Assembly: GCA_964421015.1 (NCBI GenBank)
Contig: CAYQUS010000001.1
Span: 428,726-492,725, forward strand
Direction of reading: 5' to 3'
DNA length: 64,000 bases
Source of the DNA: an uncultured Planctomycetia bacterium
GTDB taxonomy: Bacteria; Omnitrophota; Gorgyraeia; Tantalellales; Tantalellaceae
Positions within the stretch are counted from its first letter, which is position 1, and each line of letters begins with the position of its first letter. A model generated the notes under the pieces. The model searched no databases. It was not told the DNA's origin and worked only from the letters and a program-made list of their open reading frames with translations. The position numbers and the translations under genes were made by a program. Of the stretch, positions 17,709 through 27,762 are shown in pieces.

Positions 17709-18623
17709 TTAAGTGGCATGGTTACGCAAATTATACCCCTGAAAGGTACCTCTCCTCCCGAACTCCTTTTCTATGATGTTGATGGCCTTAAGTTTATCAT
17801 TTATCCACTTCGGGGCCACAAGGTTCTCTTCCCTGGCATCTGAAACGAGCCTCAATATCACGGTATCCGGCGGTATATTCTCCAGAAAATCGCAGGCCGC
17901 CGAGGCATATTCCTCCGCCGTAAAAAGTTTCAACCCTCCTGAAAAGTAAGTTTGTTCCAGAGGAGTGCCTTTGAGGACATGTAAGACATGCAGTTTTACT
18001 CCCCACGCGCCGAGAAGCGAAACCTGTTTTGCCGTGTTTATCATGTCCTCCGCGCTCTCTCCCGGAAGGCCCAGTATGACGTGAAAAGCCGTCTTTATTC
18101 CCCTCTTACGTGTTTTTTCGGCCGCCGCCGCGGCATCCTCGAAAGTGTGGCCTCTAGCTATAAGTTCCAGCGTGCGGTTATTTGCGCTCTGGAGACCGTA
18201 CTCTATCCACACGTCATAAGACTTCATGTATCCGGCTATAAGGTCCAGCACCTCGTCGTTAACACAATCCGGCCTTGTGGAAACGCTGATAGCCACAACG
18301 GACGGAAAGGCCTTTACGGCATCCAGCATTTTTTTGATATCCGCCACCGGGGCATTTGTCGGAGTAGAGCCCTGAAAATAGGCTATATGCTTCTTAACGC
18401 CTCCGGCAATAGCCCTTTCTATGCCCAGAGCCAGCTGGCGCTCTACGGACCCGCCTGGCAGCGCCGAACCGCTGAAAGCGGAATTGTCGCAGTATATGCA
18501 TCCGCCCTCTCCTGAGGCTCCTTTCTTATTCGGACACGGGAAAGCGGGGTCAAGGCTGACCCTCCGGACCTTCTCTCCGAAACGCCGGCGCAGATATTCG
18601 CTGAAAGAAAAATATTTTCTCAT
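17709..18623 (-). CDS. TIGR01212-family (YhcC-like) radical SAM protein
   Basis: FPCPNKKGASGEGGCIYCDN Cys motif, ~304 aa. Confidence 0.7.
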   Translation of the reverse strand: MRKYFSFSEYLRRRFGEKVRRVSLDPAFPCPNKKGASGEGGCIYCDNSAFSGSALPGGSVERQLALGIERAIAGGVKKHIAYFQGSTPTNAPVADIKKMLDAVKAFPSVVAISVSTRPDCVNDEVLDLIAGYMKSYDVWIEYGLQSANNRTLELIARGHTFEDAAAAAEKTRKRGIKTAFHVILGLPGESAEDMINTAKQVSLLGAWGVKLHVLHVLKGTPLEQTYFSGGLKLFTAEEYASAACDFLENIPPDTVILRLVSDAREENLVAPKWINDKLKAINIIEKEFGRRGTFQGYNLRNHAT

Positions 18624-18687
18624 GCAATAAAAGACCTCTTAAGACTCTCCTTTAAAACGGCTTTAATACCCGCTTTCACCGGCAATG

Positions 18688-20568
18688 TTATTTACCGGCG
18701 CGTTTTTTCAGCGAAGCAAGTTTTACCATGAGTATGGATATAGCGGCGGGCGTCACTCCGGAAACCCTTGATGCCTGCGCCAGTGAAACCGGCCTTATTC
18801 TTTCGAGTTTTTCCTTTATCTCGGAAGAAAGACCGGGAACTCCGGAATAGTCGAAATTCCCCGGAATGGCTATCTGCTCAAGGGAAGACATTTTCTTCAC
18901 CCTGGCCAATTCTCTTTCGATATAACCGGCGTATTTTATCTCCACCTCAAGCTCGACCTTTTCATAGTAGTCCAGCTCCTCTACTCCGGTAAAATTCCCC
19001 GCAAGGTCGTCGTAAGACACCCCTGGGCGTTTTAAAAGTTCCGACAACCTGACCGAACCCGGGCCAAGGTCTATCCCCTTGGCCTCAAAAAAACCTTCAT
19101 GCCCCTCACCCGCCCTCGTTCTTAGCGAAGATATCTTATCGAGGGCAAGTTTCACTTTTTCGTGTTTTTTACGTATCTTTTCCGTTGCCTCTTTGCCGCA
19201 AAGCCCCAGCTTTAAGGCCTTATCGGCGAGCCGTTCCAAAGCGTTATCCTCTCTCACAAGTATCCGGTACTCTACGCGTGAAGTGAACATGCGGTATGGC
19301 TCTTTTGTCCCTTTTGTCACAAGATCATCTATGAGCACACCTATGTACGACCTTGACCTCTCAAGGACAAGTTTGTCGAGGCCCATGGCCTTAGAGGCGG
19401 CGTTTATTCCGGCGATCAGGCCGAGCGAAGCCGCTTCCTCATAGCCTGTGGTACCGTTTATCTGCCCGGCCAGGAAAATGCCCTCGATGTGTTTGGCCTC
19501 AAGCGTATGTCCGAGCTGAGTGGGATCGACATAATCGTATTCTATACCGTAAGCGGGTTGCACTATCTTTACGTTCTCAAGACCCCGTATGCTGCGGTAC
19601 ATCTTTTCCTGAACATCCGCGGGAAGGCTTGTTGACACCCCGTTCGGATACACAAGCTGTGTGTCAAGACCTTCGGGTTCGAGGAAAACTATGTGGGAAT
19701 CCCTTTCCGGGAACCTTACCACCTTATCCTCTATGGATGGGCAATACCTGACCCCCGTGGAACGTATCTTCCCCGAATAAAGCGGAGACCTGTCCAGCGC
19801 TGAACGTATTATCTCATGCGTTCTCTCGGACGTTCGTGTCATGTAGCAAGGTACCTGCGGCAGAATGACTCTTTCCGTAGAAAAAGAGAACGGTATTACG
19901 GGCACATCCCCAGACTGCTTTGCCAGACCCGATACATCTATGCTTCCCCCGTCGAGCCTGGCCGGGGTACCGGTCTTGAGGCTTCCGACATTGAACCCGA
20001 GAGAAGACAGGTTAGCCGAAAGGCCTCTGGAAGGCTCTTCCCCGAGGCGCCCTCCCGAAAAATGCTCCAGCCCTATGTGTATTGTTCCGTTCAGAAAAGT
20101 ACCGGCTGTTATTACCACGTTCGGCGCGTGATACTCTTTCCCCGACGCCGTAAGAACACCCCGGCATACTCCGGAACGGACGATAACTTCCGTAACTTCG
20201 TCCTCGGCCACGTCCAGCCCGGGCGATGACAATATCTTTCCCAGCATGTAGGAATTGTACAGTTTACGGTCTATCTGCATCCGGGAAGACCTGGCGGCGT
20301 ATCCTTTAGAACTATTGAGCATACGGTACTGTATACAGCTGGCGTCAGCGGCTTTTGCCATTTCCCCGCCGAGAGCGTCTATCTCCTTTACTATCTGGCC
20401 TTTTCCAGTGCCTCCTATAGCCGGATTACATGAGGTGTAGCCTATGGCGCTTTTTTTCATAGTGATAAGCAGCGTGCGCGCTCCCATCCTCGATGCGGCC
20501 AGAGCCGCCTCGCATCCGGCATGTCCGCCGCCCGCCACTATGACCGCGTAATCTTTTTCACAAGCCAT
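18688..20568 (-). CDS. mnmG: tRNA uridine 5-carboxymethylaminomethyl modification enzyme MnmG (GidA)
   Basis: YAVIVAGGGHAGCEAA FAD-binding N-terminus; 626 aa with typical MnmG architecture. Confidence 0.9.
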   Translation of the reverse strand: MACEKDYAVIVAGGGHAGCEAALAASRMGARTLLITMKKSAIGYTSCNPAIGGTGKGQIVKEIDALGGEMAKAADASCIQYRMLNSSKGYAARSSRMQIDRKLYNSYMLGKILSSPGLDVAEDEVTEVIVRSGVCRGVLTASGKEYHAPNVVITAGTFLNGTIHIGLEHFSGGRLGEEPSRGLSANLSSLGFNVGSLKTGTPARLDGGSIDVSGLAKQSGDVPVIPFSFSTERVILPQVPCYMTRTSERTHEIIRSALDRSPLYSGKIRSTGVRYCPSIEDKVVRFPERDSHIVFLEPEGLDTQLVYPNGVSTSLPADVQEKMYRSIRGLENVKIVQPAYGIEYDYVDPTQLGHTLEAKHIEGIFLAGQINGTTGYEEAASLGLIAGINAASKAMGLDKLVLERSRSYIGVLIDDLVTKGTKEPYRMFTSRVEYRILVREDNALERLADKALKLGLCGKEATEKIRKKHEKVKLALDKISSLRTRAGEGHEGFFEAKGIDLGPGSVRLSELLKRPGVSYDDLAGNFTGVEELDYYEKVELEVEIKYAGYIERELARVKKMSSLEQIAIPGNFDYSGVPGLSSEIKEKLERIRPVSLAQASRVSGVTPAAISILMVKLASLKKRAGK

Positions 20569-20664
20569 TTTACCTATCCATCAAATATGTTCGATCTTCC
20601 GCGAGTCTATTGTCAATTCAAACCGCGCGGTCTTAAAAACATGATTTTCATAAGAACGGGGTTC

Positions 20665-23600
20665 TCAGTATTCGGCTTTATCGCAATGCACTATAATTGC
20701 CGTCGTGCTTTGCTCCGGAACCATCTGATATCCTGAAGTCAGGGAAACTCCTATTCTCTCCGTAACTTCGAGTATCCTGAAAAGTTTTTCCTGGTCTTTG
20801 AGGTCGGGCCAGAGCGGGTAACCCGGGCTGTACCTTTTTCCCCGATCTCCCCTGAGCCCCAGTTCCTTGAGTATCCTGGAATGAACGTACTGGGCAAGAG
20901 CCTCGGCAAGATTGACACCGAAACCATGCAGATAATACGCTCTTGCGCTAAAACCTTTATCTGACAGATTACCTACGGCCTGGGTAAGTTTCCCGCCTAT
21001 GGTCACCGCCTGAAATATAGCCAGGTCTTCCTCGGCGAAATATGAGTATATCCCGTTTGAGGAACTTTCGGATCTAAAATCGAAACTGGCTATCTCTTCC
21101 CCGCTCTCCCCGAGTACCGACATCTCTGTTCCCTTCACCCGGCACCTGAAATATCCGTACACGGCCTTAAGGTCCAGCCAGTTATTCCTCAGAGCCTCCT
21201 CTTTTATCTCCTCAAGAGCAGGCTCATATTCCTCCCTGATGAGTTTCTCGCGTCCCTGGGGAGACTTTTTCCCCGTTCCCCATGAAACCTCAAAAAGAAA
21301 CTTTTTATTCAGGTACATCATTACCTCATCTGCCGGTATGCGGTCAATGGCCCTTACCCCGTAAAAAGGCGGGAATGGCACACCGCAGACTTTTCTCCTT
21401 GAAATATCGTTTCCTGATCCGGATCGTGTCTTTATACCCCCGGCATTCTCCACCGGAGCTGTTGTTGAAAGATACTTCCGCATCATTCCGGACTTTTCGT
21501 TTTTATCGACAAGCGCCTTGATTATGCCAAGGCCCATAAAAGCGTCTTTTGCGTAAAAAACCCCTCCCTTGTAAAGGCTACCGTTCCCCGCGAATGATAT
21601 GTCCCTGGCGAAACGTTCGTTTACCGGAGAGCCTCCCACGATTATCGGATATTCCAGTCCGGCGTCATGCATCGCGCCCACGCAGGTCCTCATATGCCTT
21701 GACGTGGAAACAAGAAGAGCGCTCAAACCCACGGCATCGGGTTTTTCTCTTTTGGTCGCCTCTATTATCCTCTCAACGCTCACCTGCTTGCCCAGATCTA
21801 TTACCGTAAAACCGTTATTGGCAAGCAGCATCTTGACCAGATTCTTGCCTATGTCATGAACGTCGCCTTCGACCGTGGCCAGTATGACCTTGCCCCGGGA
21901 AACGGATCTGTCGCCTGAAAGTTTTCCCTCAAGATGCTCTATGGCCTTTTTCATAACTTCCGCCGCCTGTAAAACATAAGGAAGCACCATCTCTCCTTTA
22001 TCCAGTTTCTCTCCGGCAAGTTTCATGGTGCCCATAAGTATCTCGGTAATTATGACGTCAGCCGTGTATTTTTTTAAAGCCTCATCCATAAGTGGCAGTA
22101 TTGCGGAACTGTCTCTGGATAAAACGCATCTTGTTATTCTCTCTTCTATAGAAAGGTTTTCCGCGGGTTTATCCTGAGGCGCCCGTGCACCGGCTTTCCC
22201 TTGCGACGCGAAATGTTCTATAAAATCCTGCAGCGCTCCGTCATGACTGTTGAAAATAAGATCTTCAGCCAGCTTTCTCTCCCTTTCCGGGAGATCATCG
22301 GCTTTCATGTACTCGGCGGGGTTGACTATCGCCATATCCAGCCCGGACTTCGCGGCCGCTCCCAAAAATGCCATGTTAAGGGTTTTCCGCGACGGCCCCG
22401 AAAAACCAAACGATACGTTGCTTACCCCGAGAACGGCAAGGACCAAAGGATGTTTTTCCTTGAGTTTCCCCACGGCTTTGATGGTATCGACAGCAGAGCA
22501 CCTGTATTCGCTCTCCCCCGTGCTCAAGGCAAAGGTCAAAAGATCGAAAATAAGTCGTCCGGGGCTTATACCGGCTCCCTCGACGGCCAGACCGTATATT
22601 CTATCAGCCACCTCGAGCTTTCTTTCCACGGTCCCGGCCATGCCCTTTTCGTCTATCGCCAGGCATACCACAAAACTGCCGTGCTCCCTGGCAAGTTCAA
22701 GGATCCTTAAAGCTTTTTTGCCCCCGTCTTCCAGATTTATTGAGTTTATGAAAGCCGTACCGGGATAGTTTTCTAAAGCCCTTTCCACCACTTCCGGATC
22801 GGTGGAGTCTATCATTACAGGCACCTCGACGCTCTGCGCCAGGCGTTTTACAAGTATAGCGGCATCTTCTTTTTCTGTGGAGCGTTCGGTAAGCGCTACG
22901 CATAGGTCCAGGATATCAGCTCCTTGTCTTTCCTGTGTCTTACCAAGTTCGACAATGCTGTCATAATCCCTGCGGGTAAGCATTTCTTTCATGCCCCTGG
23001 ATCCCTGCGTGTTCATCCGCTCGCCTACCTTTATCGGCCGTGGCATCGTTTTGATGTCAAAACCGCGGTAAGAACTGGCGGAAAAATACCTTCCGGTAAC
23101 ATGTTTCTTCCCGGCCGTTCCAAGGACCTTTCTCATGGCCCTTATGTGCTCCGGGCATGTCCCGCAGCATCCGCCCACAACGTCGATCCGGTATTTTTTC
23201 AGAAAACCCGACATTATCTCCGCCATCTCCTCAGGGGACATGGGAAACACCGTTTTACCGTTTCTCTCAAAAGGAAGTCCAGCGTTTGGGACGCATGAAA
23301 CGTAACAGGGAGCGTTATTACCCAGAAAACTGACCGCCCCTTCCATTTCAGCCGGCCCCGTGCTGCAGTTAATTCCCACGACGTCCGTTCCTATAGCCGT
23401 CATTACGGCCATAAAGGCCGAAACCTCCGTGCCGAGAAGCATCCTTCCGTTATTGGCCAGTGTCGCGTGAGCCATAAGAACTATATCTTTTTTCTTTGCG
23501 GATATGGCTTTCTTCGCGCCGTTAACGGCAGCTTTCATCTCAAGAATATCCTGCCCGGTCTCGACAAGTATAGCGTCTACACCTCCGTCTATAAGAGCCG

Positions 23601-24039
23601 CCGCCTGCTCGGAAAAAATATCCCTGAGCTCCGCGTAACCTATATCCCCCAGCTGAGGGTCCGGAGATGAAGGAAGTTTACCCGTGGGGCCCATGGTACC
23701 TACCACATACCTGGGCCATTTGTCCGTAGAGAACCTGTCCGCCTCTCTGCGGGCAAGTCTTGCCGACTCAAGATTTATCGAGTATACCTCTTTGGAAAGA
23801 CCGTATTCGGCGAGTTTAAGGCGGTTACCGCCGAAACTGTTGGTTTCAACGGCGTCCGCTCCGGCGTCAAAGTAATCGGCATGTATCCCGGATATCACAC
23901 CCGGAGAAAAAGAAGACAGCTCTTCCATGCTCCCGCTTGGGGACTGCGCCCGTCCGCCGGATTCTTTGGAAGCGATATAAGTGCCGAAAGCCCCGTCAAG
24001 AAGAAGAATATTCTTTGATATTTTTTCCCGCAGCGTCAC
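20665..24039 (-). CDS. metH: Cobalamin-dependent methionine synthase
   Basis: 1124 aa with Hcy-binding, pterin-binding, B12-binding and AdoMet-activation regions; N-terminus LLLDGAFGT. Confidence 0.85.
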   Translation of the reverse strand: MTLREKISKNILLLDGAFGTYIASKESGGRAQSPSGSMEELSSFSPGVISGIHADYFDAGADAVETNSFGGNRLKLAEYGLSKEVYSINLESARLARREADRFSTDKWPRYVVGTMGPTGKLPSSPDPQLGDIGYAELRDIFSEQAAALIDGGVDAILVETGQDILEMKAAVNGAKKAISAKKKDIVLMAHATLANNGRMLLGTEVSAFMAVMTAIGTDVVGINCSTGPAEMEGAVSFLGNNAPCYVSCVPNAGLPFERNGKTVFPMSPEEMAEIMSGFLKKYRIDVVGGCCGTCPEHIRAMRKVLGTAGKKHVTGRYFSASSYRGFDIKTMPRPIKVGERMNTQGSRGMKEMLTRRDYDSIVELGKTQERQGADILDLCVALTERSTEKEDAAILVKRLAQSVEVPVMIDSTDPEVVERALENYPGTAFINSINLEDGGKKALRILELAREHGSFVVCLAIDEKGMAGTVERKLEVADRIYGLAVEGAGISPGRLIFDLLTFALSTGESEYRCSAVDTIKAVGKLKEKHPLVLAVLGVSNVSFGFSGPSRKTLNMAFLGAAAKSGLDMAIVNPAEYMKADDLPERERKLAEDLIFNSHDGALQDFIEHFASQGKAGARAPQDKPAENLSIEERITRCVLSRDSSAILPLMDEALKKYTADVIITEILMGTMKLAGEKLDKGEMVLPYVLQAAEVMKKAIEHLEGKLSGDRSVSRGKVILATVEGDVHDIGKNLVKMLLANNGFTVIDLGKQVSVERIIEATKREKPDAVGLSALLVSTSRHMRTCVGAMHDAGLEYPIIVGGSPVNERFARDISFAGNGSLYKGGVFYAKDAFMGLGIIKALVDKNEKSGMMRKYLSTTAPVENAGGIKTRSGSGNDISRRKVCGVPFPPFYGVRAIDRIPADEVMMYLNKKFLFEVSWGTGKKSPQGREKLIREEYEPALEEIKEEALRNNWLDLKAVYGYFRCRVKGTEMSVLGESGEEIASFDFRSESSSNGIYSYFAEEDLAIFQAVTIGGKLTQAVGNLSDKGFSARAYYLHGFGVNLAEALAQYVHSRILKELGLRGDRGKRYSPGYPLWPDLKDQEKLFRILEVTERIGVSLTSGYQMVPEQSTTAIIVHCDKAEY

Positions 24040-24043
24040 CTTT

Positions 24044-24850
24044 TTAAATCCTTTCTATGTCGGAAAGTTTCACCCACCCTACCATGCCGTCAGAGCGCCT
24101 CACCCTGCACCATGGAGATTTAGTCTCGAGCACGATGACACCGTTGCCTTCGTGGAGAGTGAAGAACTTTGTGGCTGAATCGAACGGCGCGAAAAGAGCG
24201 TCCGCCTCCGGGGATACCGTAACGGCGTACGATCCGCTCAGTTTAACCTTGTGAAATATAACAGCTAAGTTTACTGTGACCCCCACCGCCAGGACCGCGC
24301 ACAAAAGAAGTAACCTCGCCCTCATATTCTCGTAGACGGCCGCGGCGGCGAGAGCGATAAAGAACATAAAGAAAAGCGCCGAGGCGATAAGGGATATCTC
24401 ATTGGTCGTAAAGAACCTTGAATACACCCGTACCGGCCGCCACGCGAAAAACCCTCTGCGCTGGGCCTCCTTACCGGTGACCATGCTCCGGGCGAAACTT
24501 TGGTTGGACGCTATATCAGGGTCCCTGGGCGCTATGATCGCCGCCCTCTGGTAATTGAGTATGGCCCGGCCCAGATCCCCGGACTTCAGATAAGCCCCGG
24601 CAAGATTGTAGTAAAGCGCCGCGCTGACCTCTCCGGAAAGCCTGGCTTTTTCATACTCGGCTATCGCCACGGGGTAATCGCCCTGCTCATAAAATTTATT
24701 GCCGGAGTCGAAACCCTCCCGGAAATCCGACGCCTCGGCCCTGGCCGAGAACACGGCAAGCGATACAAACACCCAAATAGCGGCGACGTACGTTTTGGCC
24801 GATCTCATCAGCCCCCCCATATATCCGAAATGATCAAAGCTTTTCGACAT
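24044..24850 (-). CDS. BatE-like protein (TPR + C-terminal SH3-like domain)
   Basis: TPR repeats (YNLAGAYLKSGD), TM segment, C-terminal SH3b-like WCRVRRSDGMVGWV; last gene of the Bat operon. Confidence 0.6.
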   Translation of the reverse strand: MSKSFDHFGYMGGLMRSAKTYVAAIWVFVSLAVFSARAEASDFREGFDSGNKFYEQGDYPVAIAEYEKARLSGEVSAALYYNLAGAYLKSGDLGRAILNYQRAAIIAPRDPDIASNQSFARSMVTGKEAQRRGFFAWRPVRVYSRFFTTNEISLIASALFFMFFIALAAAAVYENMRARLLLLCAVLAVGVTVNLAVIFHKVKLSGSYAVTVSPEADALFAPFDSATKFFTLHEGNGVIVLETKSPWCRVRRSDGMVGWVKLSDIERI

Positions 24851-26693
24851 GATCTATTATTCTCCTCGTGTCGTCCAGTATCTTCACCAGGTCCGCGCTT
24901 TCCGGCGCGGAAGACGCGTAGCGCGCCATTTCGCATACCGACAGAACATCGTTCAGCTTCCGTATTATTTCGTCCTGCGCCCCTGACGAAACAAGCTTGG
25001 CCGATATCTCATGCGGAGTGACGCTTCCCTTGGGCATGTCGAACTTATTGCCGAGATATTCTTCGAGCGTTTTCTGTATGGCCCCGTAAAAAGCTCCGGA
25101 GTCTCCCTTGTCGATAAAGACCTTAGCCTTGCGCATACCGGCCCTGGCCTTTCTGGGAGCCCTCAATAACCTGGCGTATCCCCTGTCGGTCTTTATCCGC
25201 TCTCGTCTTCTGTGCCAGAAGTATATGGCCAGGAACATCACAGGAGCAAGAACCTGCGCGGAAAGGAAATACCCATTCCTTACAAGCATATATTCGGACG
25301 GAAGGGTTTTCCCGGCGTCGTATTTTATGTGAAGTATATCTTTTCCTATTTCCTCTTTCGGCTTGAATATATGTTCTCCCGAAGGCATCGCAACCATTTT
25401 TAGCGGCTGGGAAGATTCAGGAGCCTCGGATACTTTTATAGGGAAAGGCCCTTTGGATCTGGTCTCGTACTTTCCTGTCATGGGGTTCAGATAACTGAAA
25501 GAAACCCCGGGGATCTCTTTTGCCTTGCTTGTCCTCGGGATAAGGACCTGTTCATAGGTCTTGGTATTGCCTTTTTTGGAAACTACAGGCTCGTACACGC
25601 GGAAAAGGTCGTTTTCTTTTATCTCCGGAGCCGTCACGGTATCAAGATTGCCATGCCCGGTCACGCTCATCTTTACGGTTATTGGGTCTCCCACTTTCAC
25701 TTCAGCAGGGCTCACCGAAGCGTCAAAAGAAAAAACGCCCACGGCGCCCTTAAAATCGGCCGGTTTGTCCTTCTCGGGGAAAGGAAGGACCTCAACTTCT
25801 ATCTGATTGGACCTGAGTTCTATGGGATATGTCTCATATCCCGTGCTGAAAGGATCGTCCATAAATACGCTTACCCCGAAAATAGACGATCTTCTCGATG
25901 TCCTCTGGGAACGCGACATCATCTTGCATCTTATGGTAGCCGGCCCTATGACGTAATATCCCTCCTTAAAAGCCGACAGGTCCTGCCGGAATTCGAGTGT
26001 ATCGTAAACAGTTCCCCTGTAGCTTTCTCTTTTTCTTTCGGGTTTTATGAACTCTCCCGAAGAAAAACCCTCGTGCGGATAGGCCGGGTACTCTATGTCC
26101 TTGAGCCCGACGTTATCCACAAGAAGTTTTATGGTGACAGGCACGACCTCGTTAACGTATATCCTGGTCTTATCGATCTCCGTGACAAGAAAAATGTCGT
26201 TGCCTGAATAAAAAACCGCATTGTCATCCGAAGATGAAGGCAAAGGAGACGGTGGAACCGCGCTTTTCCTCGGAGATGTGGGGACCGGAGAAGCCGTGGG
26301 TGTTCCCTGTGGTGATCCGTCAACCGTAAGCGTTACAGCGTCGGCCCTGTAGGTCTGTCCGCCGAAAACAGCGGCGAACGGCCCGATATCATAAACACCA
26401 GGTTTTAACGGCATTATGAGGTAGCTGTAAGTTATGGATTGCGCCACCACGCCGTTCACCACTGACATTTGAGTGGAAGACCCCACCTGCCTTATGTTAA
26501 GACCGTCCACGGGGGCGACCTCAGGTTGCCTGACGTTTGAAGACCCCGTGAACACGAGATAAAGGTACACCGGGTTGCCCGGATATACCCTCTCGAGCTC
26601 AAGCGAGGCTTCCAGTTTGTTTTCGGCCGAAAAAGCCGCGGTCGCCGAGAAAAAAACCAGCAGCGCCGTCATTGTCATAGCCAATAACCTCAT
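24834..26693 (-). CDS. BatD-like protein
   Basis: 619 aa with signal peptide, long beta-rich ectodomain, C-terminal TM (VLAPVMFLAIYFW) and cytoplasmic tail; sits in the BatD position. Confidence 0.55.
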   Translation of the reverse strand: MRLLAMTMTALLVFFSATAAFSAENKLEASLELERVYPGNPVYLYLVFTGSSNVRQPEVAPVDGLNIRQVGSSTQMSVVNGVVAQSITYSYLIMPLKPGVYDIGPFAAVFGGQTYRADAVTLTVDGSPQGTPTASPVPTSPRKSAVPPSPLPSSSDDNAVFYSGNDIFLVTEIDKTRIYVNEVVPVTIKLLVDNVGLKDIEYPAYPHEGFSSGEFIKPERKRESYRGTVYDTLEFRQDLSAFKEGYYVIGPATIRCKMMSRSQRTSRRSSIFGVSVFMDDPFSTGYETYPIELRSNQIEVEVLPFPEKDKPADFKGAVGVFSFDASVSPAEVKVGDPITVKMSVTGHGNLDTVTAPEIKENDLFRVYEPVVSKKGNTKTYEQVLIPRTSKAKEIPGVSFSYLNPMTGKYETRSKGPFPIKVSEAPESSQPLKMVAMPSGEHIFKPKEEIGKDILHIKYDAGKTLPSEYMLVRNGYFLSAQVLAPVMFLAIYFWHRRRERIKTDRGYARLLRAPRKARAGMRKAKVFIDKGDSGAFYGAIQKTLEEYLGNKFDMPKGSVTPHEISAKLVSSGAQDEIIRKLNDVLSVCEMARYASSAPESADLVKILDDTRRIIDHVEKL

Positions 26694-26700
26694 AAACTGA

Positions 26701-27750
26701 TCACCAATCCATCAGTACAGGGGGCCTTGAATCCTGTCTCTCTTTTTTCTGCTGGCCCCTCACCCTGTTCTCTTCCTCTTCCTGCTGTTCGAGTATCATT
26801 TCGGCCTGCTGCCTGGACATGCCGCCTTGTTCCCAATCTTCCTCGCTTTCATCCTGCGACTGCCCTCCGGCGGGACTCTCATTACCATCACCCTGAGAGC
26901 CTTGAGACTGCTCCTTGGGAGGCTCCTGTTTCGGCTTGTCACTTTTTTCGGATTTATCCTCGTTCTTTTCCGGCGTCTTTTCGGAAGATTCTTTTTCCTG
27001 TTCTTTGTCCTGAGACTGGTTCTGGTCTTGCTTGTCTTTGTCTTCCTGTTTGTCTTTGTCCTCGGACTCTTGGTTCTGATCGGGTTGCGGTTTATCCTTG
27101 TCCTTCTGGTCCTCTCCGCCCTTATCGTCCTTATTTTCCTGGTTGTCTTTCTGGTCCTGATTGTTCTCCTGGTCTTTCTGTTTTTCCTGATCCTGCTGGT
27201 CCTGCTGATCCTGCTTTTCGTTCTTCTCCTGATCCTGGCTCTGGTCTTCTTTTTTCTCCTCTTCCCGTTTCAAAAGTTCCTCGATCTTCCTGTCGAGAAA
27301 TTCGTAGTTATACTTCGCGTCAATGTCGGACCTATCAAGTTCTATAGCCCTTCTGTAATACTCAAGGGCTTCCCTGTATTTTGATATAGCCCTTTGCGGA
27401 TCCGCCTCCTCCATGCCCTGACCTACGCGGTACTTGGCGTTACCGGCGTTATAAGCGGATTTCTTTTCCAGCTCTTTATCTCCCAATATGGCCGACTTTA
27501 CAAAAGCCTCCTCGGAAGGCGCGAAATCGCTTTTTCTGTAAAGCACTACCGCTCTATTATACCCCAGAGCGGGATCATCCGGTTGTTTTTCGAGAGCCTT
27601 ATCGTATATCGCGAGAGCCTCATCGTACTTTTCTTTTTTGTACGATCTTTCGGCTCTGGCGTCTTCCATTAAGCAGAAAGCCTCGGTTGCGGGCCACATT
27701 ATCGCGGATACCGCCAAGATCACCGCTATGTATATTCGATTTCTTTTCAT
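26701..27750 (-). CDS. BatC-like TPR protein with extreme D/E/K/Q-rich low-complexity region
   Basis: Signal peptide/TM, TPR repeats, then ~150 aa of EDQSQDQEKNEKQDQQDQ... low complexity. Confidence 0.6.
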   Translation of the reverse strand: MKRNRIYIAVILAVSAIMWPATEAFCLMEDARAERSYKKEKYDEALAIYDKALEKQPDDPALGYNRAVVLYRKSDFAPSEEAFVKSAILGDKELEKKSAYNAGNAKYRVGQGMEEADPQRAISKYREALEYYRRAIELDRSDIDAKYNYEFLDRKIEELLKREEEKKEDQSQDQEKNEKQDQQDQQDQEKQKDQENNQDQKDNQENKDDKGGEDQKDKDKPQPDQNQESEDKDKQEDKDKQDQNQSQDKEQEKESSEKTPEKNEDKSEKSDKPKQEPPKEQSQGSQGDGNESPAGGQSQDESEEDWEQGGMSRQQAEMILEQQEEEENRVRGQQKKERQDSRPPVLMDW

Positions 27751-27762
27751 TTTAACTTTTTC

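Noticed and set aside
26827-27384. 185-aa plus-strand ORF, extremely Leu/Val/Phe-rich, looking like a polytopic membrane protein
   Set aside because: It is the antisense shadow of the BatC low-complexity D/E/K/Q tract (GAA/CAG-rich DNA produces Leu/Val/Phe codons on the other strand); no RBS and no independent support.
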